Source: Spirochaetia bacterium (GTDB taxonomy: Bacteria; Spirochaetota; Spirochaetia; UBA9216). Taken from it: a stretch of 64,000 nucleotides of DNA. Under the pieces are notes generated by a model. That model was not told the DNA's origin and searched no databases. It saw nothing but the letters and a program-made list of their open reading frames with translations. The stretch is taken from assembly GCA_965140585.1 (NCBI GenBank), contig OZ223264.1, positions 448,001-512,000 on the forward strand, in the 5' to 3' direction. Position numbers and translations under genes: made by a program. Of this stretch, positions 19,857 to 31,100 are shown in pieces (position 1 is the stretch's first letter; the number at the start of each line of letters is the position of its first letter).

Positions 19857-21683
19857 ATGAAAAGGATTTTATCATTCAGAAGCAAAATTATCTTCGGGTT
19901 CCTGTTGATTCTATTGCTTTTGGCAATCGGGTTTACTGCAATTCTTTTTAACTGCAGAGACCTTGTTTATAATTCTGAGAAAATTTATAAAATCAGACTT
20001 GTCAGTATGGATTTTCTGATAGAAGCCGACAGGGATGCCTACCAGAGTGAACTTGCCCTTCTTCAGGCTGTTACAGAATACCTTGAAGGCGACACTGAAA
20101 CCTCAATGGCTCTGTACAGCGATGTGGAGGAAAACAGGGATCAGGTTCGGGAACGGTTTGATAAATTTGTTGCTGCATATACTTCGGATACGGGCAATAA
20201 AGCACCGGAGTCTATAGAATCCTATATTGCCGATTTCAACAAATATTATGAAAGCTGGATTAAAGCCCTGTCATATACCATGGACCTCATTCCTGAAGAT
20301 GCTGCTGAAGCCCTTGAATTTACTCAAACTGATGAACATAAACAACCTTTTGGTGATATGCGGAATGTTTTGGATGAGCTTACCAACCTTTCTCTTAGCC
20401 TGGCTGAAACCGAGTTCGGCAACGTGCATAGCATCTCTGTACGATCTCATACAACGATCTATATCATAATTGCTGTACTTTTTGTCTCCCTGATTATGGT
20501 TTACTTTTTTATTGATTTCTCAATTGTTAAACCGATAAAACATGTTACTGATCTGACTACTGAATTTTCAGAGGGCGACGGGGATCTCACACGGCGTATT
20601 CCTGCGGGAAAGGGCGATGAAATAGGAGTGATGAGCGATAATCTGAATGTCTTTTTCGACAGTATTACGCTTATAGTCAGAAAGATGCAGGAAGCCGTAG
20701 AGCTTAATACGAATTATAAAAACGATCTCCTCCATAATTCTGAAGAGGCAAGCGTTGCTTCCGTTGAAATCTCCGAAAATATCGGAAATATGAAAAATAA
20801 AATCAGTCTTCTAAATGATAATATCGTTTCCTCAACAGAGCTGATAGCTGAAATAGACGCCAGCATTAATGATATGGAGGCGCAGATTCTTGAGCAGAAC
20901 GGGATGATTGATGATTCCACTGCTGCTGTTACCCAGATGATAGCCTCGATAGCCAGTGTAGCGGATATTACACGTGAAAAAGCAAAGGCAATGACCGAGC
21001 TTGAGAATACCGTGAAAACCGGCGGAGAAAAGGTTGAGCAGGCGCTTTCTTCGGTGGAGCAGGTAAATAACAATTTAGGTTCTATAGGAGAAATTACCGA
21101 GATGATTAACTCCATTGCATCACAGACGAACCTGCTTGCCATGAATGCCGCTATCGAGGCTGCTCATGCAGGGGATGCCGGTAAGGGGTTCGCGGTTGTT
21201 GCAGATGAAATAAGGAAACTGTCAGAAACGACCGGTGAGCAGTCTAAAAGAATCAGTTCAATCCTTGAACTTGTTCTCCGCGAAATTACAACTGCCTATG
21301 ATGCGAATAAGAGCAGCAACGAGTCTTTTAATCAGATGATCAGCGATGTGAATATGGTTGCCGATGCATTGAGAGAGATTTCAGCCAGCACTGTTGAACT
21401 CAAGCAGGGGAGCGATCAGATTCTCTCAGCAGTAACCGGCCTTCAGGGTGTCTCCGGAGCGGTAATTGATTCATCAAGAAATATTCAGTCTTCCTCAATG
21501 AGGATTAAGGGCGGCATGGAACAGCTGAATGATATTTCAAGAGATGTTGTTGTGGCGATGGATGAAAGTTCTGAGGGCATGCGGGAAATTACAAGGGTCA
21601 TTATTTATCTTAAGGATGTTGCAGAAGATATCGGCAGCCAGGCAGAAATAATCCACAGCCAGGTGAACCGGTTTAAGGTATAG
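19857..21683 (+). CDS. Methyl-accepting chemotaxis protein
   Basis: TM-sensor-TM-HAMP; [34 protein letters not shown]. Confidence 0.96.
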   Translation: MKRILSFRSKIIFGFLLILLLLAIGFTAILFNCRDLVYNSEKIYKIRLVSMDFLIEADRDAYQSELALLQAVTEYLEGDTETSMALYSDVEENRDQVRERFDKFVAAYTSDTGNKAPESIESYIADFNKYYESWIKALSYTMDLIPEDAAEALEFTQTDEHKQPFGDMRNVLDELTNLSLSLAETEFGNVHSISVRSHTTIYIIIAVLFVSLIMVYFFIDFSIVKPIKHVTDLTTEFSEGDGDLTRRIPAGKGDEIGVMSDNLNVFFDSITLIVRKMQEAVELNTNYKNDLLHNSEEASVASVEISENIGNMKNKISLLNDNIVSSTELIAEIDASINDMEAQILEQNGMIDDSTAAVTQMIASIASVADITREKAKAMTELENTVKTGGEKVEQALSSVEQVNNNLGSIGEITEMINSIASQTNLLAMNAAIEAAHAGDAGKGFAVVADEIRKLSETTGEQSKRISSILELVLREITTAYDANKSSNESFNQMISDVNMVADALREISASTVELKQGSDQILSAVTGLQGVSGAVIDSSRNIQSSSMRIKGGMEQLNDISRDVVVAMDESSEGMREITRVIIYLKDVAEDIGSQAEIIHSQVNRFKV

Positions 21684-21685
21684 GT

Positions 21686-23326
21686 CTAATAGCCGTCCGA
21701 CATTGAGCGGTTAATGTCTTTTTTATAGAGCTCATTGTAGACGAAGCCCCGGTTTTTCAGTTTGTCTCTAATCTCATCAGGGAAGGGCATGTCTCTCCAG
21801 AATATTCCTCTGACCTCGCGCTCGAGCTTCTGGGTTCCTTCACTTTCTCTGGTTATCCAGAGTATATAATCGTTGATGAAGCGTTCCCTGACATCGCCCT
21901 TCATCCTCTTTTCAGAGAACCACTGGTAATAATGACCGGTCAGGCCTTCTTCCATCCAGTAGTGCTGGGCTTTCTCCTTGGCAACCTGCCATCTCAAATC
22001 AGCCATAGCGGCAATAATTGCTGTGTTCAGGTCCTTTGAGTACATAGGGATGGCAATTCTGCCGCGGCTTGTTGCCCTGTTGTATTTTTCAAAGGGCTCC
22101 CAGCATATTCCTCTTTCCCCATAGCAGGGCACCAGAATAATATAGGGAACAATCCTGGTTGTTTCACGCTTGAATGTTCTCATGAACAGGCCCGGATCAA
22201 GTGATTCAACCTTGGCCATTTCGCATATTACGTTTTCCCTTGTTCCAAGGTTATACTGATCGGCATTGAAATACTGTTTCATCAGGATTGGAATATGATT
22301 GCCCTGCCGTCCAACACACATTTTCGCCATCTGTCTGATGGAACCGAACTCCTTGATTATTATAGAGGTATCGACATGCATTACCTCGCCAAGGCGTTCA
22401 GCCTTTTCTTCAAGAGATTTAAGCAGCTTGTCGTTTTTTTCAAGATCAAAAAACAGCCCGGAAATTTCCTTGTCCTGTTTCTGCAGATATTTCAGAATCT
22501 GGCTTATGTCGTAATGAGCACGTCTCTGTTCTGAATTATATGTGTTGTAAAGGTCCGGATAATTGAGGTTTCTTTCCTTGCAGCTGGCAAGTTTTATCTT
22601 TTCAAGCAGGAGGTTCTCATTGTCGGCAAGAATTTCCTGTTTTCGCTTGATAATTCCCATTATTGAACGGCTCTGGCCCTGCAGCTTGTCTATCTGCGGC
22701 CTGAGGTTTTCAGAGCTCTTCAGTTTTGTGGTCTTGACCTCATCAGTAATCGAGGCGTTTACTACACCGGTGGATATTTTATACAGCCATTCATCAAGGT
22801 AGTGAACAGGCTCCGGTGTGCTGTTTTCGACTATAACTTTGGCCAGCAGGTCTCTGGTTTCGGCTGAGATGATATTGGGAAGTACAGACCCGTATCGCAA
22901 TGTAAATTTTTTAGGATCAGGCAGACCGGAATGGATCTTCTTTGCTATGCTTTCAGCAAGATCCCAGTAGGCGGAAATCAGTTTACCTCTGATCATTGAG
23001 CGGTCTTTGGGGTTTTCGGTATTCATGTATTCGGTAAGGTTCTTATGAAAGCGCTGAGCTTCTTCACCCTCACCTGATAAAGCCTGTTTATAGTATTCCT
23101 TGTTCCGAAAAATCTGGCTTGGAGTATCTTCAAGAAATTTTGTTATTTTTTCAAATTCTGTGCTTGAAAAGCCGGGTTCTTCAGGCGGAAGCTCACTGCC
23201 CTTGCCGTCGTCGAAGAGGAGATCAAAAGAAGGACCCTCTTCATTGTCAAAGCCCATTAAATCGGCTATGTCAGGGTCCATCTCTCCTGAGAAAAGATTA
23301 TCGTTTTTATTATTTTCGATATCCAT
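21686..23326 (-). CDS. Hypothetical protein with central coiled coil
   Basis: Long ORF; the ORF-track start (23380) lies inside the tRNA, so the start is moved to ATG at 23326. Confidence 0.8.
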   Translation of the reverse strand: MDIENNKNDNLFSGEMDPDIADLMGFDNEEGPSFDLLFDDGKGSELPPEEPGFSSTEFEKITKFLEDTPSQIFRNKEYYKQALSGEGEEAQRFHKNLTEYMNTENPKDRSMIRGKLISAYWDLAESIAKKIHSGLPDPKKFTLRYGSVLPNIISAETRDLLAKVIVENSTPEPVHYLDEWLYKISTGVVNASITDEVKTTKLKSSENLRPQIDKLQGQSRSIMGIIKRKQEILADNENLLLEKIKLASCKERNLNYPDLYNTYNSEQRRAHYDISQILKYLQKQDKEISGLFFDLEKNDKLLKSLEEKAERLGEVMHVDTSIIIKEFGSIRQMAKMCVGRQGNHIPILMKQYFNADQYNLGTRENVICEMAKVESLDPGLFMRTFKRETTRIVPYIILVPCYGERGICWEPFEKYNRATSRGRIAIPMYSKDLNTAIIAAMADLRWQVAKEKAQHYWMEEGLTGHYYQWFSEKRMKGDVRERFINDYILWITRESEGTQKLEREVRGIFWRDMPFPDEIRDKLKNRGFVYNELYKKDINRSMSDGY

Positions 23327-23334
23327 TTTTGTTC

Positions 23335-23408
23335 TGGAGGTGAGGGGAATCGAACCCCTGACCTCGTGAATGCCATTCACGCGCTCTAGCCAACTGAGCT
23401 ACACCCCC
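23335..23408 (-). tRNA. tRNA-Ala(GGC), CCA not encoded
   Basis: GGGGGTGTAGCTCAGTTGGCTAGAGCG-CGTGA-ATGGCAT-TCACG-AGGTCAGGGGTTCGATTCCCCTCACCTCCA; cloverleaf with G3:U70 pair. Confidence 0.97.
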
Positions 23409-23419
23409 GACTGTTCGGA

Positions 23420-23448
23420 AATATACCAGAACATCTTTCTGCTGTCAA
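23420..23448 (-). promoter_or_regulatory. Sigma70 promoter of tRNA-Ala
   Basis: TTGACA-17-TATATT, 11 nt before the tRNA 5' end. Confidence 0.75.
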
Positions 23449-23457
23449 TACAGTCGA

Positions 23458-24453
23458 TCAGCCGGGTCTTCTAAAGTCTTTAAAAAGATAAATCCGTCTG
23501 TCTTCAAATTCCCCGTTCTTTTTAAACAGGTTAGCCATCCTGTCCGTCAGAACAGAATAGACTTCTTCGGTGATAGATAATGAATCGGGATCTGTGTATT
23601 TAGCCCCGAGATGATATATAGAGTTTATGGAATCAGAAATAATTGTTCCTGTTTTACCGCGGCTTTTGTAGGTAGTCTTCCCAAGATGCATAGCCGCTCT
23701 GAAACTTACAGCATCATGCATTCCGAACTCTTCAATACTCATTGTAAATCTGTTTACAAAGAGTTTTACTGCTGCGAGTACCGGGGCAGTTGTGTCTCCG
23801 TTATAGGGGAAAAGGGCAAGTCCGCCGTAATCGTTCCAGATCCATATCCTTCCGCCGTAGTCGGTTACGGTTCGCTCAACTGTTGTCTGAAATACCTGAA
23901 TCATCCGGGTGAGAAACTCGGTACCGGATTTCTTTTTCATTTCAGAGGTGATTCTTATTTCAGTATAAAGCATGAAGAATGTGTATTCCCGGCCGCTTCT
24001 AATGTTTTTCCAGTCAACACCGCTGTATGAAGGCTCTGAACATCCCTGCGGAGCCGGAGAGGGTTCTTTGTCTATAAATTCAGGATCCTGTGCCCTGAAC
24101 TCAAGATACTGTTTAAGTCTTGCCGCTTTATATCCGCTGCGGTACATATCTGAACTGATGTAATCAAAACCTTTAAAGATGATTCCTGCCGGATCTTCAA
24201 TCTGATTTTTCCGGTCTACTACCAGCAGGGGGAAGCCTTCTTTTTTAAGAATGTATTTAAGATCTTTTAACGCCGACGTATCGCTGCCCGAGGCGTAATC
24301 GTATACATAAATATTATCTGATGATGGAGCTTTCAGAATTTTACGCATCTCATTAAGCATGCAGTAGGTGAGAGTATATTCTTTTTTCTTTTCAAAGCTC
24401 TCAAAACATTTGAGTTTGCCTTTTATATCTGAAAAAATAATGATTTCCGGCAT
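23458..24453 (-). CDS. Class III nucleotidyl-cyclase-like protein lacking metal-binding Asp residues, with N-terminal receiver-like domain
   Basis: C-terminal half follows the class III pattern (GGRIWIW..GGLALF, FRAAMHLG, TIISDSIN..HL); paralogous to the upstream gene. Confidence 0.72.
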   Translation of the reverse strand: MPEIIIFSDIKGKLKCFESFEKKKEYTLTYCMLNEMRKILKAPSSDNIYVYDYASGSDTSALKDLKYILKKEGFPLLVVDRKNQIEDPAGIIFKGFDYISSDMYRSGYKAARLKQYLEFRAQDPEFIDKEPSPAPQGCSEPSYSGVDWKNIRSGREYTFFMLYTEIRITSEMKKKSGTEFLTRMIQVFQTTVERTVTDYGGRIWIWNDYGGLALFPYNGDTTAPVLAAVKLFVNRFTMSIEEFGMHDAVSFRAAMHLGKTTYKSRGKTGTIISDSINSIYHLGAKYTDPDSLSITEEVYSVLTDRMANLFKKNGEFEDRRIYLFKDFRRPG

Positions 24454-25388
24454 CAGTCTGCTAACTCCAGTTTATAGCGGTAATATACCCTGTTATCCTT
24501 TGCCTTGAAGCTGTTGAACTGTTTGGCTGTAAGCGGTTCAAGCATTACGTTGACGGCCTGGCTGATTGTGACAGAGTCTGTTTCCGCCTGGTTTTTCTCT
24601 ATGGAATTAACCTTTTTAACCGTTTCCGCCTGCTGTATCTCCTCGCTGCCGGATGTGTATTCAAAGGGTCCGCTGTGCACTGCTATTCTCACATGGATGC
24701 CGTCATCTACCGGACAGTCGGTGTGGTTATAAAGAAAAAGTTCATGGATTACTTCAAGAGCGGCCAGTACAGCTGTTTCATTCATATTCCCGAAACAGAA
24801 GGCGGCAAGTCCGCCGTCACCGTCCCAACCCCAGACACGGCCGTTTCTTTTATCAACAGCACGGGTTACAATGCCGCGGAGTGTCCGGTAGGATTCCTTG
24901 ATCTGTTCGGCTCCGTGTTTTCTTACAAGCTTTGTATTGCCGGCAATGTCTATCCGCAGAAATGCGATTGTATACTCAACATTGTTTTTAAGAGTTCCCC
25001 AGTTTCTGGTTTTTCTGACTGCAGGGTTTTCCAGAAACATTCTGCTGCTGGGGTCATATATATATCCCAGCTGGTATACGGAGTTAAGTATCTGCCTGAG
25101 ATAGGGGATAGCGATCTTTCTGCCGGCGATGCCCTTTCCCTGGTCACTGAAATTTATCAGCAGCAGTACGAAATCAAGAAAGAGGTTGCAGGCTATGATG
25201 TCTTTTACTACCTGACGTGCCGCGTTCTGGTTCGGTATGGCTACGCTTGATGGGATTCCTGTTCTCTGGTGAAGATCATAACCGGGAATTAATCTTCTGG
25301 TGAGCGTCGACATAGTCCTGTTGTCCATGGACTGCGATAACGCCTTAACGCAAAATGTGATAGTACTGTTGGGGATACGCATCATCAT
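24453..25388 (-). CDS. Class III nucleotidyl-cyclase domain protein with uncharacterised N-terminal domain
   Basis: IDIAG and WDGDG Asp pair, VRIAVHSG; start is one of three tandem ATGs at 25382-25388. Confidence 0.82.
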   Translation of the reverse strand: MMMRIPNSTITFCVKALSQSMDNRTMSTLTRRLIPGYDLHQRTGIPSSVAIPNQNAARQVVKDIIACNLFLDFVLLLINFSDQGKGIAGRKIAIPYLRQILNSVYQLGYIYDPSSRMFLENPAVRKTRNWGTLKNNVEYTIAFLRIDIAGNTKLVRKHGAEQIKESYRTLRGIVTRAVDKRNGRVWGWDGDGGLAAFCFGNMNETAVLAALEVIHELFLYNHTDCPVDDGIHVRIAVHSGPFEYTSGSEEIQQAETVKKVNSIEKNQAETDSVTISQAVNVMLEPLTAKQFNSFKAKDNRVYYRYKLELAD

Positions 25389-25445
25389 TATTAAAACGAT
25401 AATCAATAGTATAGTCAAGAACCTGTTTTATGTTAAAATGTTGCA

Positions 25446-28184
25446 ATGAAAAAAATCGAAGAATTGCTGATTCGCGAAGGTATAGCCGCCGGGGCTGTTT
25501 ATGTTTTTCCTTCAGAGGCTGCTGTTGTCAGCTGGAGGATGAAGGTTCTGAAGCTTCTCCAGGCTGATGCTGTACGCAACGATGTGTTTTTATCATGGGA
25601 CAGTTTTAAGGAATCGGTTACCCTGCATGACCGGATTGAAAGACCTGTAAACTCTATTCACCGCAAGCTTTTCTGTTCAGATCTGCTTGCCCGTAATATC
25701 TCACAAGCCCCGGTCTACAGATATATTCTGCCCTCGGGATTCGACGAGGTCGCTTCCGGATTTGCCGACCAGCTTGTCAGGGTTCTTCCGGGGCTTAAGC
25801 GTTTTGCGGAAGCCTTTCATGAGAATGAGTCTCTGTTTCGTGAAGCAGCCGGTGACGGTCTATCCGATGACTACATGAGGCTGTATGAGGAATATTCTTC
25901 GGTTCTTGAGAAAAACAGCCTATTTGAGCCCGGCTGGGATATGCCGGATATCAGTACACCGGATAAAAAATACTACATAATATTCCCAGAACTTATCGAA
26001 GACTTTGAAGAATACCGGGCAGTTTTGTCCGCATCCGGATGCAGCTTTATTTCGGATGTCGGAGACGTAGATTGCCCCTACCATTTTTATGACAACTCGG
26101 TAATTGAAGGCGACGAAGTGATTGCCGGAATTTCCAGCCTGCTGCAGCAGGGGCTGCGATACCAGGACATAGCTGTGACATGTCCGGATGAGGAGCTTGC
26201 TGCCTACATGATTTCCAAAGCCGGACGTTACGGGATTCCGCTGAGTGTAAGAAGCGGTACACCGGTCGGTGAGCTGCCCGGAGGCCGTCTGCCCGAACTT
26301 ATCCGTTCCTGCTATTCAGGCAGCTTTGATATAGCATCAATGAAAGTGCTTCTGCTGTTCCGGGCCTTTCTCTGGAAGGAAAAAGAAACCGCAGATGCTC
26401 TTATCCGTTTCGGAATTGAGAACCGCTGTCTGCGCAACTTCGGCCCGGGAAGTGATGGTGATGTATGGGAGCAGCGGCTTACAATCATGAAGAGGTGGGA
26501 TCTGAAGGATTTTTACCTCAAACTTAAAAAGAGAATTACAGCAGTTGTAAAAGCCGGCAGCCTGAAAAAACTAAGCGATGAGATCCAGATATTCATCAGC
26601 ACTTTCCTTGAAACGGATGAAGAGCTCTGGGATTTTGAAACCCTTAAGGTTTTTCAGAGAACAAGAGAGATTCTTTCCTCGCTCCAGGATGCCGAAAACG
26701 CCCTTGAGGGAATAAGTATCAGGGATCCGCTGGGGCTGTGGATCGAGGTGCTGAAGGAAAAAATCTATGTATGCCAGGCTGATTCAGAAGCCATTCCGCT
26801 GTACAGGTACAGGGTGTCTGCGGGTATCAGGCCGAAGCATCACTTCATTGCCGGGCTCAACCATGAGAACTCGGCCGTTGTTTCGGTACCGCTGCCATTT
26901 TTAGGTGATCAGATAAGAAGGGGATTGAAGCTCCAGGAAAATAATATGACCGAAGCCTTTCTTCGAGTCTATTCAAAAAGTGGAAATTCTCCGGTAATTT
27001 CAGGGTCGGCTGAGACCTTCTCCGGTGTTGCCCTTGCCCCGGCATATTTTATTTCAGCCGGTTCTGTTGAGAAAATGAATTTTTCAGAAGGTTCCGGTAA
27101 TATAGGGCAGGCCGGTGCCGGGGTTTCAGATCCGGAACAGCTTGAATCCTCATGGTGGTACGGAGACTCTGAGGTTGACTGGCCGCTTACGAAGTCACAG
27201 GCCGACGGTTTTGATTACTCGGCAGCAACAGGACTGCTTCCGGCTTCCGATGATTTTACCTTCACCCCTCTGAAGGATTCTGAACTTTCCGAAGCCTGTA
27301 TAGCAAGGCGCTACGGTGAAGAGCTGAATCTGAAAATATCGGCCACAACACTCAACCGCTGGACGAACTGTCCCTACAGTTATCTGCTTGCTGATTTACT
27401 CGGAGTCCGTGCGGATGAGTATGTCCTGCAGGTTGAAGACCCCTTCACCGACGGAGAGCTTCTTCATGAAATTCTGGGTCATTTCTTTAGTCTGCTGAAA
27501 GAGTCGGGGCAGGCTTTTTCGCTTGAAAAGCGGGATGAATACCGCGAAATGATAAGGGGCTCAGCCCGGAAGGTCTTTGCGGACTGGGAAAAGAGGGAGA
27601 ATTACTTCTTTGGCCCGGCCTGGGATACAGCCTGCAGAAAGGCTCTTGAATACATGTCCCGGATGCCTGAAGCTGAAGGTGCCCTTTATGACGGCTATAC
27701 TCCGGCACTGATCGAAGACTGGCTTGAGTACGAGATTCCGGGTGAGAACATAAAAGCTGCGGGCCGTACGGACCGGATATCTGTAAAAGCGGGCAGGGCT
27801 GCGGTTATCGACTACAAGCGGAACTGGAAAAAGAAGAAGACCGCAGACTATTTCAGCCTTGATGAGTCGGGAGCGCTGATGAAGCCTTCGATAGGATACC
27901 AGATACCATTTTACATTATCCTTGCCAGGCAGGCCGGCTTTGAGGTTGATTCAACATCCTATTACAGCGTGACCTCTGCCGAACATTTTCAGGTTTCAGG
28001 TGAGGCTGGAATTCTTGATGCCGAACAGGTAGAAGCGCTCTGCCGCCTGACGATGAATGAAATAATCAGGATGGGCAAATCGGTAAGAGAGGGCATTTTC
28101 ACTGCACCCGAACGCTGCGGCGGCTGTGATTTTTACCCCGTCTGCCGCAGAAAATATGCAGTTAAGTTTGGAGGCCGTAAATAA
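25446..28184 (+). CDS. addB: AddB/RexB-like inactive helicase plus PD-(D/E)XK nuclease
   Basis: SATTL..W..CPY, GRTDRI, IDYK and C-terminal CGGCDFYPVC Fe-S staple; coupled to a UvrD-type gene. Confidence 0.85.
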   Translation: MKKIEELLIREGIAAGAVYVFPSEAAVVSWRMKVLKLLQADAVRNDVFLSWDSFKESVTLHDRIERPVNSIHRKLFCSDLLARNISQAPVYRYILPSGFDEVASGFADQLVRVLPGLKRFAEAFHENESLFREAAGDGLSDDYMRLYEEYSSVLEKNSLFEPGWDMPDISTPDKKYYIIFPELIEDFEEYRAVLSASGCSFISDVGDVDCPYHFYDNSVIEGDEVIAGISSLLQQGLRYQDIAVTCPDEELAAYMISKAGRYGIPLSVRSGTPVGELPGGRLPELIRSCYSGSFDIASMKVLLLFRAFLWKEKETADALIRFGIENRCLRNFGPGSDGDVWEQRLTIMKRWDLKDFYLKLKKRITAVVKAGSLKKLSDEIQIFISTFLETDEELWDFETLKVFQRTREILSSLQDAENALEGISIRDPLGLWIEVLKEKIYVCQADSEAIPLYRYRVSAGIRPKHHFIAGLNHENSAVVSVPLPFLGDQIRRGLKLQENNMTEAFLRVYSKSGNSPVISGSAETFSGVALAPAYFISAGSVEKMNFSEGSGNIGQAGAGVSDPEQLESSWWYGDSEVDWPLTKSQADGFDYSAATGLLPASDDFTFTPLKDSELSEACIARRYGEELNLKISATTLNRWTNCPYSYLLADLLGVRADEYVLQVEDPFTDGELLHEILGHFFSLLKESGQAFSLEKRDEYREMIRGSARKVFADWEKRENYFFGPAWDTACRKALEYMSRMPEAEGALYDGYTPALIEDWLEYEIPGENIKAAGRTDRISVKAGRAAVIDYKRNWKKKKTADYFSLDESGALMKPSIGYQIPFYIILARQAGFEVDSTSYYSVTSAEHFQVSGEAGILDAEQVEALCRLTMNEIIRMGKSVREGIFTAPERCGGCDFYPVCRRKYAVKFGGRK

Positions 28185-31100
28185 TGAAACCCGATATTTA
28201 CCAGCAGGCTGTAATAGATTCCAACACTAACTCGGTTGTCTCTGCAGGCGCCGGTTCAGGCAAGACAACAGTTCTTGCCCTGCGGTTCCTCCGGCTTGTG
28301 GCTGAAGGCCGTGCAGATGTCTCGGAGATTCTTACGCTGACTTTTACCCGCAAGGCTGCGGCTGAAATGTATGAAAGAATATACAGGCTGATGTCCTCGG
28401 AGCCTTCAAATCAAAGGGTAGCCGATGCCGCAGCCTCATTTGACAAGGCCGTTATCTCAACACTGGACAGCTTCTGCTCGAGGATTGCACGCGACTGCTG
28501 CGGCATGTTCGGGATAGCACCGGGCTTTGTTACAGATGAGAGCCTTGCTTCCGAACTTTCCGGGGCCGCAGGGCTTGAGTTTATTCTGAGTCACAGGGAA
28601 GACAGGGCCCTTACTGAGTTCATCTATATCAACGGATTTGAAAAGGTATGGCACGAATATTTTGAATGGCTTTCTTCGGCATGTTTTTCAATAGGAAACC
28701 CGCTGGATTTTTCAGATATCTTTCAGAAGCAGATGCATACCGCCGAAAACGATCTGAAAACAGCTGTCCGAAGGCTTTCGGAATTTACCGCAAATGCCGC
28801 GGCGCTTGAGCCTGTAACAGAAAGTATGAAAACCGCTGCTGCAAGCCTTCCCGACATGGAAATAATTGCAGAACTTACTGCAAATGCTGATTTCTCAGGG
28901 CTGCTAAAATATCTGGCCACGGTTAAAACTGAAAAGCCGCGCGGAGCCTCAAAAAAGGAAGAGTTCGTTAGCTTCAAGGAATATGTAGATGAAATAAGGG
29001 ACTTCCTGTCTGTAATTAGTGAAATTACCGGTATGCTGGACAGCCGGGAGCTTATTGAGAAACTATTCGCTCTTACTCAGGAATTTCAGACTCAGCTGTT
29101 TAGAAAAAAACGACTCAGCGGGATTTTAAGTTTCGGAGATGTTCAGAGTATTGCGGTAGAAGGCCTCAAGCAGGATAAGAATCTGCGCCGCTACTATAAA
29201 AGCCTCTTCCGGTTCATCATGATCGATGAGTTTCAGGATAACAACAGCGTTCAGAAAGATCTGCTCTATCTGCTTGCAGAAAAGGAAGGGCAGGAAGCCG
29301 ACGGAATCCCCGGAACCGCTGATCTTGATCCGGGAAAACTCTTCTTTGTAGGTGATGAAAAGCAGTCAATCTACATGTTCCGGGGAGCTGATGTCAGCGT
29401 GTTTAAACAGCTGAGCAGCGAACTGGCTGAAGCCGGCGGACAGGCCCTCTCTCTTAAACGGAACTATCGAAGCGATCCGGGCCTTATCGGGTTTTTCAAC
29501 AAGGTTTTCAGCAATGCCATGAGCGAAAGTTCCGAGGACTATCAGGCCGCTTTCGAAGCACTCGAACCGGGGCTTTCGCCTCTGGATAAAGCTCCTGATA
29601 TCAGGCTCCTGTATAAGAGCTGGAATCAGAGCCCCGAAGAGGATGATGTTCATCACGATGAGGCCGAGGCCTGGAGTATTGCAGAGTACATAAAAAAGAC
29701 TCTCGGCGTTCTTGATGTATCTGAAAAGGGGGAGCTCAGAAAGGCTGCCTACCGTGATTACGCTGTGCTTTTCAGATCCGGAGCCAACCAGAAAACCTAC
29801 GAGAAAGTTTTCAGGGCAATGTCTATTCCATACGATGTCCATTCAACCAGAACCTTATTCCAGGAGGCTCCGGTTAACGATATCTACAGCTTTCTGCAGA
29901 TCTGCCTTTACCCGCAGGATCGGGCAGCCTCTGCTGCGGTAATCCGCTCGCCCTTCATGAATCTTTCAGATAAAAGCTTTATAAGCCTGATGCTTTCTGA
30001 AAATCCTCTTTTCACTGAGGGAAACGAGGACCTCTGCAGCAGCGGGGATGACCTTTTGAAATACAGGACGGCAGCCCCTCTTTATTCTGAAATCTCATCA
30101 TCCCTGGACCGTGTTCCGCTTGCAGATATAGTATCCTCGCTGTGGTTCAAGTCGGGCTACAGGTACATCCTTCTTGCAAATCCGGAATACAGCGGTTATC
30201 TGGAATATTTTGACTATCTGCGGACACTTGCTGCCCAGGCAGATGAACGTTCAGAGACAGCTGCAGTCTTTCTTGATTATCTGCGTGAGAACCTCGGTGA
30301 ATACCGCAAGGTTAACGATCTCAATATTCTGAAATATTCTACCGGCGGTGTAAGGATGATGCCGGTTCACCAGTCAAAGGGGCTGGAGTTTCCGATTGTG
30401 ATAATTGCCAACTCCGGCAATACAGGGATGAATGATACCGGAAGTTCGATGCCTGCCTGTATCTCCGATAAATACGGGCTGTCATTCAACCTTGTTGCTC
30501 CCGATACCTCCGGAAAGGGACGAGCCCGCTGTAATTATTTCTACACCCTTGGAAAAAATGAACGTAAGGCCCGTGAGGAAGCAGAACTACGCAGGCTTTT
30601 CTATGTTGCACTCACAAGGGCCGGAAACCATCTTGTGATTTCAGGCTGTCACGGCAGGCAGAACAGGAATTCTCCCGCCTCGATGCTTAATATCTTTCTT
30701 GCTTCGGCCGGAATGAGCTATGAGACGGTTTTTGATGCTGATCAGGATCTTTTCACAGTTGAGGAAATTAGGGACCGCAAATGGTTCGAGAGAACTGAGG
30801 CCGGAGCGGCTAAATCACCAGATGATGCAATGGTTATCAGTCAGTACAGGCAGAAGGCACCGCTTGATTTCAGCCGGCCGAAGTATCAGTATTCAGCCAC
30901 CGGTCTTAATGCTGAATTAAATACTCAAGCAGCGTATTCTGATGAGAATATGCTTTCAGAGCTTGGTGAACCCGCCTCGTCAATTATTGCAGAATCGGGA
31001 CTTGAGGCCGCTTTCGGAACACTATGCCACCGGATTATCGAGTACCGGATTAAGAAGGCCGATTACGGTTCGACTGAACTGCAGCCTCAGTTTGCAGGGA

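Noticed and set aside
23327-23380. ORF-track N-terminal extension MNGIHEVRGSIPLTS
   Set aside because: It is the tRNA-Ala sequence read in frame, not protein
23335-23408. Genomic-island integration at tRNA-Ala
   Set aside because: No integrase and no second copy of the tRNA 3' end seen in the window
23458-25388. Pycsar or CBASS anti-phage system
   Set aside because: No adjacent cNMP-binding TM/TIR effector or CD-NTase, and the context is housekeeping; the only cNMP-binding gene is ~14 kb away
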